A stretch of DNA of 64,000 nt from a bacterium. Its GTDB lineage: Bacteria > UBA8248 > JACPRG01 > G963555815. The stretch is from positions 1,952,001 to 2,016,000 of the forward strand of contig OZ244653.1 in assembly GCA_965218795.1 (NCBI GenBank). Direction: 5' to 3'. A program made the position numbers and the translations under genes. The notes under the pieces were generated by a model that worked only from the letters and a program-made list of their open reading frames with translations, made no database searches and was not told the DNA's origin. Shown piece by piece: positions 1-9,922 of this stretch (position 1 is the first letter of the stretch; each line of letters opens with the position of its first letter).

Positions 1-177
1 GATGGCATACTGATTCCACCCTTCCGCGATGGCGCGCCGGGCCGCTTCCTTCACCTCATCCGGTCCATCGAAATCCGGAAATCCCTGGGCGAGATTCACG
101 CCCCCGTAACGCGCGCACTCCCGGGTCATTCCTCGGATAACGGATTCGGTAAACCGTTCGACTCGTTTGGAGAGCAT
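1..177 (-). CDS. PLP-dependent aminotransferase class I/II, N-terminal part (runs off window)
   Basis: Manual translation from ATG 177: MLSKRVERFTESVIRGMTRECARYGGVNLAQGFPDF...NQYAI; NLAQGFPDF is typical of this family. Confidence 0.85.
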   Translation of the reverse strand, partial: MLSKRVERFTESVIRGMTRECARYGGVNLAQGFPDFDGPDEVKEAARRAIAEGWNQYAI

Positions 178-233
178 GGCGTTCCCAGCTGATTCCGGCG
201 GCATCCTCGCCGAAAACAGGATTCGTCAATGCG

Positions 234-1667
234 TCAGAAAGACTGGAGGTCCTCTGAAAATACAGGGTGGCCGGGAGCGGAACCGCCGTCCTGACCGATA
301 GAGGTCTGGAACACCGAGGGGTCGAATTCCGGCATCGGCACTTGCCTGAACCGGTCAAGGTCTCCCTGGGGGACCGTTGCATCCATGACCATCTTGGTCC
401 GGATGCCCCCTGAGACCGGAACATATTCGTGCCCCCGGGCCCCTGGGATAAGAACCAAGTCGTTCTCCGCGTTGAACCGCGTGGCCACCGCCCATTCCAC
501 CTGTTCCGGATTATGCGGATCGATATCCTCGTCCACCAGCGTGACCAGATCGATATCCTTCAGGGCGGCGAGAGCGGCGAACACTGCGTTTCTCTGGAAA
601 CCTTCGTCGGCCGGCCGTTCCTTTTTCACCTGAATCACCAGATGGAACCGGCACAACCCTCCCGACGTCAGGCAGACATCCTGAACGATGGGTACGGCCG
701 CCCTGACCATGCGAAGGATGCCGGGCTCCATCAGCGGCTTGCGAATCAGGCGTACCTCTCCGCCGCTGATGTCGTAATAAATCGGCCGGTCCCGGTGCGT
801 GACCGCACGGACCTCGAACACCGGCGACAGGCTCTGCTCCGCGTACATCCCGACAAACTCAAGGAACGGCCCTTCCTCCACCCGCTCCTTTGGGAGCATG
901 GCGCCTTCCAGGATGATTTCCGAAGACGCCGGAACTTCCACATCCACCGTCAGACATTTCACAAGCTCCAACGCCTCTCCCTTGAGACCCGAGGCCCAAG
1001 CCAGCTCATCCCGATCCTGGGGAATATGCGAGCCCATACTGGCTGCCGCGAAAAACAAGGACAGATCAGGTCCGATGACGACGGCAATCTCAAGTTCCCG
1101 GCCATCATCTTCGGCGCGTTCGTAGAGGGACCGAAGATGCCGGCCCAGGTCGAGCTGGACAGCCGTCCGATTCCCGCCCAGGAGCTGCAACCGGTGGAAA
1201 GAGGCGTTTCGAATCCCGTTCTCGTCCTTGGCGATCACGATGCCGCCCGTCACAAAGCGTCCCGCATCGTCCGGCATGTGAAAGGGGACCGGGAACAACG
1301 CTCCCAGGTCGATACAATCAGTGATGACGACCTCCTGGCACCGCCCTTTTTCGACTTCGACGGGGGCGATGGGTTCGTCGACCGCACGCTGAACAGCCCC
1401 GCGGAGTCCCTGGAGGTCCACACCCATTGCAGTCAAAGCATTCTTCCGGCTCGCGAGGAGATTGCAACAAACAGGCGTATCCCAACCTCTTACCCGTTCA
1501 AAGAAAAAGGCCAGATCGCCGTCGAGATTTTTCACAAACGCGGACAACTCAAGGTGGGGGTCAATGGGGCTCAGGACACGCTGGATCCGGCCTTCCGCGT
1601 GAAGACGGCGAATGACAGACCGAAAAGCGGTATCGAGCACACCCAATTCATTCATTTCATGGCCCAT
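234..1667 (-). CDS. UbiD family (prFMN-dependent) decarboxylase #1
   Basis: NASFHRLQ, KCLTVDVEVPASSEIILEG, EGPFLE, VDEDIDP...VEWAVATR motifs; start probably ATG 1667. Confidence 0.9.
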   Translation of the reverse strand: MGHEMNELGVLDTAFRSVIRRLHAEGRIQRVLSPIDPHLELSAFVKNLDGDLAFFFERVRGWDTPVCCNLLASRKNALTAMGVDLQGLRGAVQRAVDEPIAPVEVEKGRCQEVVITDCIDLGALFPVPFHMPDDAGRFVTGGIVIAKDENGIRNASFHRLQLLGGNRTAVQLDLGRHLRSLYERAEDDGRELEIAVVIGPDLSLFFAAASMGSHIPQDRDELAWASGLKGEALELVKCLTVDVEVPASSEIILEGAMLPKERVEEGPFLEFVGMYAEQSLSPVFEVRAVTHRDRPIYYDISGGEVRLIRKPLMEPGILRMVRAAVPIVQDVCLTSGGLCRFHLVIQVKKERPADEGFQRNAVFAALAALKDIDLVTLVDEDIDPHNPEQVEWAVATRFNAENDLVLIPGARGHEYVPVSGGIRTKMVMDATVPQGDLDRFRQVPMPEFDPSVFQTSIGQDGGSAPGHPVFSEDLQSF

Positions 1668-1751
1668 TTCAATTTCTTCCGAAGGCGGCCCGCGTCCGGG
1701 CATGACCGGATTTCTACGACGGGCCCACACGGAACTCAGGTTGAATCCGGT

Positions 1752-2105
1752 TCAGGCATGCGCGGGCGGAATTGTGAAGCGAATGAAACCAAACCCATCA
1801 TCGGAGCAATCCGTAAAGCGGCAGACCTCTCCGGCTTCCGCGTAAATGCCATGGCCCGCGCGCACGCCCTGCCGAAGGTCCCCCAGTTCGGCCTCCGCTG
1901 CACCCCGCAAGACATAGAAGAACTGTCGGGCCCTCTCCACCCGGAAGGTCTCGGAGGACGCACCCGACGCCAATTCATAGAATTCCGCCTCGACATTCCT
2001 GGCCTCTACGGTTTCCGGGGTAATCAGTCTCGACCTCCGGCCTCCGCCCCCCTCGAAACCGACTGCTTCAACGGGAAGGTTTTCAGTTCGAATGAAATGA
2101 ATCAT
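1752..2105 (-). CDS. Degenerate cupin-domain protein
   Basis: QFFYVLRGAAE...GHGIYAEAGE cupin-like strands; metal-binding His residues absent. Confidence 0.6.
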   Translation of the reverse strand: MIHFIRTENLPVEAVGFEGGGGRRSRLITPETVEARNVEAEFYELASGASSETFRVERARQFFYVLRGAAEAELGDLRQGVRAGHGIYAEAGEVCRFTDCSDDGFGFIRFTIPPAHA

Positions 2106-2118
2106 TCGGCGCTTCCCC

Positions 2119-2535
2119 TCAGCTCTGTTTCCAGACCCGCCCGTCGGTATGAAACCACCGCAGGTCCATATCTCCACCTTCCAGAATTGTCGTCCTGAAA
2201 CGATTCGGAACTTGAAACTCGAGAAACTTCAGTTCGCCTTCCAAGGATTTCATCCGGTGCTCGTCACCCTCGTGGATAAAGATGAGCGTCCCGGGCTCAA
2301 CCGGGATTTCACCATCCTCAGTGACGACCACCCCGCGGCCTCCCAGGATGTACTGGAAATGCTCGCATCCCTCATGGAAGTGATAGGGGGATTGAATTCC
2401 GGGCAGATACGTCAGAACCCCCGCAAGAAATTCGTCCGTCCCTGCAAGCTCCTTGCTGACGAAAAACACCCGCTCCCGTCCCGGCCGCTCGGAGACCAGT
2501 TTTTCCAGTTCGGATTCGTGAACGATGTAGCCCAT
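2119..2535 (-). CDS. Cupin domain protein
   Basis: PYHFHEGCEHFQYILGGRG and GTLIFIHEGDEH cupin motifs. Confidence 0.85.
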   Translation of the reverse strand: MGYIVHESELEKLVSERPGRERVFFVSKELAGTDEFLAGVLTYLPGIQSPYHFHEGCEHFQYILGGRGVVVTEDGEIPVEPGTLIFIHEGDEHRMKSLEGELKFLEFQVPNRFRTTILEGGDMDLRWFHTDGRVWKQS

Positions 2536-2797
2536 GCGCGATTTCTATCCAATGGATATAAAGGCTCAATCACAAGTGAAAATCACATCATCCATTTTCT
2601 TCTCATAAGTCTATTCTGCTCTGAGGGCACAGGCAAATGGTCGCGGACAGGCCCCAAAATCCGGCCCTATAGGGCGCACACCTCAGCCCCACTCAAGATC
2701 ATGAGTTTGGATGCCGATAAGGACTTACGTCGTGGGTCAAACAACCACGGGAGGGAAGGAACAAGAATGGCCCGAGCATACAGATAGGAATACCTAA

Positions 2798-2840
2798 GGT
2801 TGAGCCGGGATGAGAACACTGTCTCATTCGGCTCGATCCG
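2798..2840. terminator. Hairpin downstream of DsbA-like gene
   Basis: GAGCCGGGATGAGA...TCTCATTCGGCTC inverted repeat; no clear U-tract. Confidence 0.4.
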
Positions 2841-2888
2841 CTTCAAGCGAGCCTGCCTGCGCGATAGACCGTCCAGGCCAGGGAATCG

Positions 2889-3482
2889 CTAACCCGAAAT
2901 CCGGTTTTGAAGCGCACCCAGGACGTCATCGGTCGGGTCCGCGCCCCAATAAGGGTTCCCGTCCACGATATAAGTCGGAATCCCCGTAACGCCCGCTGTT
3001 TCGCCTTGTCGGCGCAGTTCATCCAAATCAGCCGCATGGGTCTCCGTCTTCAGTGCCTCTCTCATGGATGAACCCTCCAGTCCGACCTGTTCGCCAAGCG
3101 AAACCAACACCTCGGTATCGCCGATATCCAGATCCTCCTGAAATCGGGCCGCGAACACGGCATCCCGGAATTCGTCCATCCGCCCATGATCGCGCGCAAA
3201 CAGCGTGGCCTGATGTGCCAGGCGGGTCCGGCATTTCTTCCATGGAAAATCGAGTTGCAGCTCATAGCGGGCTGCGAGGCTGTTGTGCTTGGCAAGCAGC
3301 TCTTCAGCCTGCTCAGGCGTGCGCTCCAGGAAATCCACACCTTCCGGCCGCCCCTCCCAAGGCACCCAACGAACCTTGACGCCGCCTTCCTGCTCCACTC
3401 GCTCCATCCCACGGAGGGCGATATAGCAATAGGGTCACGTATAGTCGGAGTACTTCAGAATCTCTTCGCGTGTCTCACCCAT
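2889..3482 (-). CDS. DsbA/FrnE-like oxidoreductase, probable selenoprotein (UxxC; TGA at 3437-3435)
   Basis: ATG 3482 with AAGGA RBS gives MGETREEILKYSDYT-TGA-PYCYIALRG, in frame with ORF 2889..3407; C-terminal GVTGIPTYIVDG cis-Pro motif. Confidence 0.85.
3399..3420 (-). promoter_or_regulatory. Putative bacterial SECIS hairpin
   Basis: CGCCCTCCG-TGGGA-TGGAGCG stem-loop with G-rich apical loop roughly 20-25 nt 3' of the UGA. Confidence 0.55.
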
Positions 3483-3693
3483 GTCGAATTTTCCTTATCC
3501 CCGAATCTTCCATTCAACCCCAATTGATGTGCCGGACAATCCTAGACAAGTCGCGCCGTCTCTTGCAACCTTTGTGCAAATATCCCCATGCGCGATGAGT
3601 TCAACGAGGACTGTGATAAAGTAGCTTCATTGACCGAACTCGGTCCATCCCGTGCCTCATCTCACTCGGTTTTTCGAACGTTCGGCGGAGAAC

Positions 3694-5091
3694 ATGGCAA
3701 TGCCGAAAGATTTGAGATCCTTCATTGAAGAGGTGGCTGAAAAGCGACCTGACGACCTCGTGCGCGTCGAGCGCGAGGTGGATCCGAAACATGAGCTCAC
3801 TGCCGTCGTCGAGAAACTTGAAAGGGCCGGCGAATTCCCCGCTGTCTATTTTGAACATGTGAAGGGCTCGGACTTTCCAATCATCATCAACTTGACCGCC
3901 TCCTATGACCGGCTCGCCATGGCTCTCGACACGGATCTGGACCAAATGGTGCAAACCTTCTGCGAGCGGGAGGAAAACCCCATTCCCCCCGTGGAGGTCT
4001 CCAGCGGCCCCGTCAAAGAAGTCGTCCTGACCGGAACGGATGCGGACCTCTCTATACTTCCGGTCACCACCCACAATGCCCTGGACGCGGGCCCTTACAT
4101 TTGTTCCGGACTGGGGATCTGCAAAGACCCGGAGACGGGCAAGCACAACGTGGGAATTTACCGTCACATGGTCCACGACCATAAGACCTTGGGCAATTGG
4201 ATTTATGAAGCGCATCACGGCTACTACGTCTGGCAGCGCTATACCACGCAGAACGAGCCAATGCCGTTCGCCATTGCGATCGGCCACCATCCGGGTGCGA
4301 TCATGGGAGCGATATCCCGTTATCCGGGTATCGGCGGCGAGTTCGACGGCTCAGGCGGGTTGATGAGCGAACCCCTGGAAGTCGTGCCCGCCGAAACGGT
4401 CGACCTGATGGTTCCCGCCCGCGCGGAAATCGTGGTCGAGGGCACCGTGCATCCAACCGAATTGAGGCAAGAGGGTCCGTTTGGAGAGTGGCCCCGCTAC
4501 TACACCGCAACCGGCCCCAAGCCCGTCATGACTGTTACTGCCATCACGATGCGCAGAGAACCCATCTTTTTCGACCTCTTTGCGGCCCACCCCGAACACA
4601 ACATCGTCGGGGGGCTTCCCCGGATGGGCAGCATCTATCGGCGGGTGAAAGAAGTGGTGCCCAGCGTCAAAGCCGTGAATATGCCCATGAGCGGAGGGGC
4701 TCGCGCACATGCCTACATTTCCCTGAAAAAGAGCGTGGACGGGGAGCCCAAACAGGCGGCCTTCGCGGCATTGATGGCTGAAAACAACGTCAAGCTGGTG
4801 ATCCTCGTCGACGATGACATCGACGTGTTCAACGAGTCCGAGGTGCTCTGGGCGGTGATGTCCCGCTTCGAGGCCGACCGGGATATGATTGTCATGCCCA
4901 ACTGTCTGGGGATGAAGGTCTTTCCAACAGCGTATGACATCACGCGAGACAATCATGGAACGATGAATACCAAGGTGATCATGGACGCGACCCGCCCCGC
5001 GCCGCCGACGCCGTTTCCGGAAAGGGCCCAGGTTCCACCCGAGTGGATCGAGAAAATCGACATCAAGGATTACATCAAACCCTGGGCATAG
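3694..5091 (+). CDS. UbiD family decarboxylase #2
   Basis: DLRSFIE, NVGIYRHM, AETVDLMVPARAEIVVEG, EGPFGEW, VDDDIDV motifs; GGAG RBS. Confidence 0.92.
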   Translation: MAMPKDLRSFIEEVAEKRPDDLVRVEREVDPKHELTAVVEKLERAGEFPAVYFEHVKGSDFPIIINLTASYDRLAMALDTDLDQMVQTFCEREENPIPPVEVSSGPVKEVVLTGTDADLSILPVTTHNALDAGPYICSGLGICKDPETGKHNVGIYRHMVHDHKTLGNWIYEAHHGYYVWQRYTTQNEPMPFAIAIGHHPGAIMGAISRYPGIGGEFDGSGGLMSEPLEVVPAETVDLMVPARAEIVVEGTVHPTELRQEGPFGEWPRYYTATGPKPVMTVTAITMRREPIFFDLFAAHPEHNIVGGLPRMGSIYRRVKEVVPSVKAVNMPMSGGARAHAYISLKKSVDGEPKQAAFAALMAENNVKLVILVDDDIDVFNESEVLWAVMSRFEADRDMIVMPNCLGMKVFPTAYDITRDNHGTMNTKVIMDATRPAPPTPFPERAQVPPEWIEKIDIKDYIKPWA

Positions 5092-5103
5092 GTCTCGGCA
5101 CGG

Positions 5104-6210
5104 ATGAGTAACGCCGAACAGGTCGGTCGACCGGAGTCTGCCGGAAAACGTCCCGCCCTCAACCGGACCGACCGGGAAGTCCTTCTGACCGATCTTCTCC
5201 GGCGCGTCTCACGGTCCTTTTATCTGACCCTTCGAATCCTTCCGCCAAAGCTGCGAGTGCCCATCGGGCTTGCCTATTTATTGGCCCGCACGGCCGATAC
5301 CATCGCGGACACCCGGATCCTCCCGCCCGGGGAACGCCTCCGCCATCTGCTTTCCTTCCGCGCCCAGGTGCAGGGGCCGATGAATCCCGATGCCCTCCAG
5401 TCCATCTGCCTGACACTGACGGAACACGGACCCCAACCCGAGGAACGCGAGCTCCTGTCCTCGGCTCATGAAGCCTTTACCTTCCTGGAGGCGCTTCCTG
5501 ATGAGAACCGGAGGCGCATCCGGACGGTTGTCATTACCCTGACGGAAGGGATGGAGATGGACCTTCGAACCTTTCCTTCCGAGGTCTCGGGAGAGATCGG
5601 AGCCCTGGATGCGCCCGAGGAGTTGGACCGTTACATTTTCCTTGTCGCGGGATGCGTGGGGTCTTTTTGGACGGCCATGCTCACGGCCCACGCCGGCGCC
5701 CTCGCCCACTGGGACAGAGGGCGCATGTCGGAATCCGGAATCCGCTTCGGCAAGGCCCTTCAACTCACGAACGTACTCCGGGACGTGCCGAAAGACCTGC
5801 GAATCGGACGGTGCTATCTGCCCTCTCGCCAGATGAATTCAGAGGGTCTCGATCCAGTGGATCTCCGTGCACCCTCCAACAGTCTGAAAGCCCGCCCCCT
5901 CCTCGATGTCTGGCTCCAGACCGCACTCGATCATTACGGGGCGGCGGAAGAGTACTTGTTGGCCATCCCCAGGAGGTGCCCCCGACTGCGCCTCGCAGCT
6001 TTATGGCCCATACTGATCGGTCTCGAAACGCTGTCGCTTCTCGCACAGAAAACGGATTGGCTTGACCCGGAAAAACCGGTCAAGGTATCACGCAGGTGGG
6101 TATACCGAATGATCGCGCGTTCAATACCCGCCATTTTTTCAAATCGGCTCCTGTCTGTCTGGATCGCCCGGCTGCGACGGGACGTTCAGCGTGCGCTCCC
6201 CGCCGATTGA
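5104..6210 (+). CDS. Squalene/phytoene synthase family protein
   Basis: VSRSFYL, YLLARTADTIAD, VAGCVG, LQLTNVLRDVPKD...RCYLP. Confidence 0.9.
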   Translation: MSNAEQVGRPESAGKRPALNRTDREVLLTDLLRRVSRSFYLTLRILPPKLRVPIGLAYLLARTADTIADTRILPPGERLRHLLSFRAQVQGPMNPDALQSICLTLTEHGPQPEERELLSSAHEAFTFLEALPDENRRRIRTVVITLTEGMEMDLRTFPSEVSGEIGALDAPEELDRYIFLVAGCVGSFWTAMLTAHAGALAHWDRGRMSESGIRFGKALQLTNVLRDVPKDLRIGRCYLPSRQMNSEGLDPVDLRAPSNSLKARPLLDVWLQTALDHYGAAEEYLLAIPRRCPRLRLAALWPILIGLETLSLLAQKTDWLDPEKPVKVSRRWVYRMIARSIPAIFSNRLLSVWIARLRRDVQRALPAD

Positions 6211-6538
6211 TCCAACATGCTGGCACCCAAGGGATGAAAATGTATGACTGGGTTTCATTCCTGACAGATTGGATAAACTCCCTGACCGGCTCGGTCGCCT
6301 CCCCATCGTTTTTATCGATAACCTGGACCCGAATATTTGGCTTTCATGATCCGAACCCAAATCGTCTTTCCTTATCCAACAACAACTATTTGGCTTTGTT
6401 TGGTCCTTTTTTAATGTTTCACATACGCCCCAAAGAGACCAACCCATTGGCTTTTCCGATTGGTTGACCGCACATGCGCCACGATGAGGACGCTCGGTGT
6501 TGTAGTATTTCAGAGACTGTCTGTCGCCTGCCAGCCAC

Positions 6539-6760
6539 TGGATTCCTGCTTGCGCAGGAATGACCGGGTAGGAGGTCACGTGGCCCATGTTCGTCATTCC
6601 CGCGAAAGCGGGAATCCACATCCCGGGCCGTCATTCAGCGCAGGTCATGCCCCCCCAATGCCTTCGTCAGGAGGCCTGCCCTCCATGGATTCCTGCTCCA
6701 CCCTGTCCTCGAATGTCTTCGTCAAGAGCAGGAATGACAGACTCTGGGCGGGAATGACCG
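6539..6760. repeat. Cluster of palindromic REP/dRS3-like repeats (GTCATTCC-N-GGAATCCA type)
   Basis: TGGATTCCTGCTTGCGCAGGAATGAC (6539), GTCATTCCCGCGAAAGCGGGAATCCA (6594), partial copies at ~6686, ~6727, ~6747. Confidence 0.75.
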
Positions 6761-6959
6761 ACCCAATCCACGCCAGGCCCGATCACTTTCGTTCGACTTA
6801 CGTAGAATATGAGACCTCTTCCAAAGCTTGTCAAGGAGATTTTTCGTTTTGATGTTGTTTTGCAGGGCCTTCATCGGCTGAATTTTTTTTCGAGGATGTA
6901 CCAAACCGCCCCGCAACGCCGCTCCATCGCCGCCGCCTGCTGCGGCGTGAGGGGCAGCT

Positions 6960-7068
6960 TCTCCTGGCCGGCCCGCTCCTTTCGCTTCACAAGCCACTTT
7001 AACGGCGGGCCTGCGCGGGATCCTTGAAGTTCTCCTGACCGGCCCGTTCCTTTCGCTTCACAAGCCGC
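6960..7068. repeat. Imperfect ~37 bp direct repeat, two copies
   Basis: CTCCTG(G/A)CCGGCCCG(C/T)TCCTTTCGCTTCACAAGCC at 6961 and 7032. Confidence 0.7.
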
Positions 7069-7434
7069 TCATGCCGGGAGAAGCCATCCCGTTCTTGATC
7101 AGGATGTTCTGAATGGCGGGGCTTCTTCTCCCTTGTCAAGATAGCATTGGTTCGGAAAAATGCCTGGTTGTACACTTAATGAACGTGCGCCAGATGAAAT
7201 TCTGGTATTCCCGAACATGAATCTGCCCCCCCCTTCAAGTCGATCTGACATGGAAGCAGCTGAATTAGTTCCAAGGAACAGGGAGGGTCGTGTCAACGGC
7301 AAGCCCATTTATCGATGACGCTCATGTCTTCAATGCTATATTGACCCAATCGGTTCCCAATCAGAAAAATGGCCCTCTTCTCAGATAGCGGCCAACCTCA
7401 GCCTTCCTCGAAGGGAAGACCAGGAGAGATATTC

Positions 7435-7851
7435 ATGGAGAAGCAGGTCATCCATCCCCAGCCGCCGGCAGCGGACATGCCCTTCGTTCCGGCCATCACG
7501 GTCAAGGGCGACCACACGGTCGTCTACGCTTCCGGCTGCACGGCCTCTCCCCTCTATCACAGCCACCCCCACATGGAGGAAGAACTCCGTGTTCCCGACG
7601 ACATACGGGTGCAGACCCGGATGACATTCGACAACATCAAGCTCATCCTGGAGGCGGGCGGAGCGACGCTCAAGGACGTGGTAAGGGCGACGGTCTACCT
7701 GACCGACCGGGGCGAGATGGACGCCATGAACGAAGAGTACGAGAAAATCTTCGAGGGCCACCTGCCGGCGCGTTCCTGCATCATTGTCAACGGCCTCGTC
7801 GCCCCGAATCTCAAAATCGAGGTCGAGGTGACGGCCGTGGTGCCCGGGTAA
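7435..7851 (+). CDS. RidA/YjgF/UK114 family protein
   Basis: VYASG, QTRMTFDNIKLILEAGG, MNEEY, PARSCI, KIEVEVTA; AGGAG RBS. Confidence 0.9.
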   Translation: MEKQVIHPQPPAADMPFVPAITVKGDHTVVYASGCTASPLYHSHPHMEEELRVPDDIRVQTRMTFDNIKLILEAGGATLKDVVRATVYLTDRGEMDAMNEEYEKIFEGHLPARSCIIVNGLVAPNLKIEVEVTAVVPG

Positions 7852-7908
7852 TCTTTCCCGCAAGCCGATTTGAATTCGGTCCGGCGTCTCGTCAAAGACT
7901 GGAGGTCA

Positions 7909-8325
7909 ATGATGAAAAAAATCTTCTTTCGACCCGGTGAGGCGGAACCGCTGCGTATCGCAAGTAAGGCGCCGCGGGAGTGGGGAATCGTCGTGAGCCC
8001 GGAGGGCGTCGGGGCGGAGCGCCTGTCATTCGGGGTCCAGGAGGTGGACATCGGAAGCCGTATCCCTGTCCACGTTCACGACAAGGAGGAAGAGATCCTT
8101 TTCTTCTGGGGGGGACGGGGACGATGCATCCTGGATGATGAAGAGTTCGAGATCGAGCCGGGATCTACGGCGTATGTCCCGATCGGTGTATGGCACGGCG
8201 TCGTGAACACGGGCGATGAGCCCTTGAGACTGACGTGGACCTTCTCCCCGCCGGGACGGGAGAAGGTCTTTCGGCACATGGCCGCCACCGGAGAGGACAT
8301 GCCCCCGCGGCCGAACGGCGATTAG
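7909..8325 (+). CDS. Cupin domain protein
   Basis: PVHVHDKEEE...PGSTAYVPIGVWHGVVNTG; GGAGG RBS. Confidence 0.88.
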   Translation: MMKKIFFRPGEAEPLRIASKAPREWGIVVSPEGVGAERLSFGVQEVDIGSRIPVHVHDKEEEILFFWGGRGRCILDDEEFEIEPGSTAYVPIGVWHGVVNTGDEPLRLTWTFSPPGREKVFRHMAATGEDMPPRPNGD

Positions 8326-8445
8326 GGCTTTGCGGCCCCGAGACGGCTCGGCATGGTCTCCAGCGGCGGAAAAGGTTTTGCCCTCTACAACCCTGTATAT
8401 CTCCAGCCCTTGCGAACGAGGGAACCGCCGACATTGGCGTTGCCG

Positions 8446-8997
8446 CTACCGGCCAGGCCAAGGGGTGTGATAGTTCTCTTCGTTGTGTTGAATCGTATTG
8501 ATAAAAGCGAGAGCCAGCGGCTTGCCAGAGGCTTCGGCCAGAGGCTTCACATGGGAGAGCATATCAGCCCGGGGACAGAATGTTCGGTATCCCTCCTCTT
8601 CGTAGGCTTCTCGTTCAGGCAGGCTGCTTCCATAAAGAACGGCCGACTTCTCCGCCCGCCATTCCATCGGCAGCGCCAGCGCCAGCGGCAGGCCCTGCCC
8701 CGCGTTGTTCCCGAAGACCACGTAATCCAGCCCCTCCCCCAATGCTCCCAGCGCATTGACGATTCCTGTAATGGAAACCTGATCCCAGTACAGCTTTTCC
8801 CGCTCCGCCTGTTCAAGGCTTAACTCGCAAGGGTACCCTTCGGCCATCCTGTACTCGCCTTGGCTTTCGACAAGACGGCCCCAGGGCAATGGCGGCACCG
8901 CGACAAAGCTCTCCACTGTCACTTCGTTGTCCAGAATGAGGACTGAAAAGCAACCCATGAATGAGGGCGCCAGGTCAGCAGAGATCGCGCGGTTCAT
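8446..8997 (-). CDS. Hypothetical protein
   Basis: Protein-like ORF (VFGNNAGQG, FINTIQHN); family not recognised. Confidence 0.6.
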   Translation of the reverse strand: MNRAISADLAPSFMGCFSVLILDNEVTVESFVAVPPLPWGRLVESQGEYRMAEGYPCELSLEQAEREKLYWDQVSITGIVNALGALGEGLDYVVFGNNAGQGLPLALALPMEWRAEKSAVLYGSSLPEREAYEEEGYRTFCPRADMLSHVKPLAEASGKPLALAFINTIQHNEENYHTPWPGR

Positions 8998-9106
8998 TTC
9001 TGTTTCCAAACTCGGGGTGAGGGATCATCATAAGGGAGAATGTTTGTCATGGAATCGTTCAGGCCTTTTGAGGAGGATTCCTCGGACCTCGCCCAACATG
9101 GTTGCA

Positions 9107-9565
9107 TCACCTTTCGGCCAGGGCCGCCCTGACCGACCCTTCCACCGCCATCGGCAATTTCCATAAACCCTCCTGACCTGGCACCTCCACCGGCTCAGGA
9201 AGAATTCTCACCTCCCTCAGCCGCCAGACGAACCTGCCGACGGCCCACTCTCCCCATTCCCGCTCCAGCGGCCCCTGCGATTTGAGCAAGGCAGGTGTCA
9301 CCTCAGAACACTCTGTCAGTCTGCCGACGGAAACAACGGCCCCCAATGAGAACTCATCCATCTTGGGGAAAAATAATCCGGGCGCAAAATACATTGTACC
9401 TCGATGAAGCCTTGTCCAATCCCATGGATCCACCTGCCGGTCCGCTGCGTGGACCGCCACCCATCTGCCTATCGCATCCTCCGGCGCCCGGCAAACGAGT
9501 GTTTCGAACTCCTTCAAGCGCCCAATCGCCCAGGCCCACGGCTGTCGGATGGTCAGCGCTTTCAT
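9107..9565 (-). CDS. ASCH domain protein
   Basis: MKALTIRQPWAWAI, VAVHAA, GAVV, VPGQEGLW; GGAGG RBS. Confidence 0.8.
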   Translation of the reverse strand: MKALTIRQPWAWAIGRLKEFETLVCRAPEDAIGRWVAVHAADRQVDPWDWTRLHRGTMYFAPGLFFPKMDEFSLGAVVSVGRLTECSEVTPALLKSQGPLEREWGEWAVGRFVWRLREVRILPEPVEVPGQEGLWKLPMAVEGSVRAALAER

Positions 9566-9789
9566 CCCGCCTCCCCTCTCATTCACTGTCACGTTGCATC
9601 GTTTTCGAATCCCCCTGATGCACAGAAATCAATCGATCCCCGTGCCGCTGAGCTCTCGCGCCGCAGGCCATGATCTCGGCGGTCCTGAGTAGGTATGGCG
9701 ATCGCAAAATCCATTGGTTGCCAGCGCTCCGTATCCCAGAGCGTTGCAGACACGCTTGGCGGCTCGTGGCATGAGTCGATCAGAAAAGA

Positions 9790-9823
9790 AAAGGGGTCAG
9801 CCAACAGCACTGGCCAACCCCTT
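9790..9823 (-). terminator. Hairpin with U-tract 3' of tRNA-Arg
   Basis: AAGGGGTCAGCCA...TGGCCAACCCCTT preceded by an A-run on +. Confidence 0.6.
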
Positions 9824-9831
9824 GATATATT

Positions 9832-9908
9832 TGGTGCCCCCGGCACGACTCGAACGTGCGACCCCAGGATTAGGAATCCTGTGCTCTATCCACCTGAGCT
9901 ACGAGGGC
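9832..9908 (-). tRNA. tRNA-Arg(CCT)
   Basis: GCCCTCGTAGCTCAGGTGGATAGAGCACAGGATTCCTAATCCTG...GTTCGAGTC...GGGGGCACCA; cloverleaf, anticodon CCT, encoded CCA. Confidence 0.97.
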
Positions 9909-9922
9909 TGAGCGGAGCCCCC

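Noticed and set aside
429-2198. Long antisense ORFs (also 53063..54958, 62671..63960, 58224..59468)
   Set aside because: Shadow frames opposite well-supported genes in GC-rich DNA
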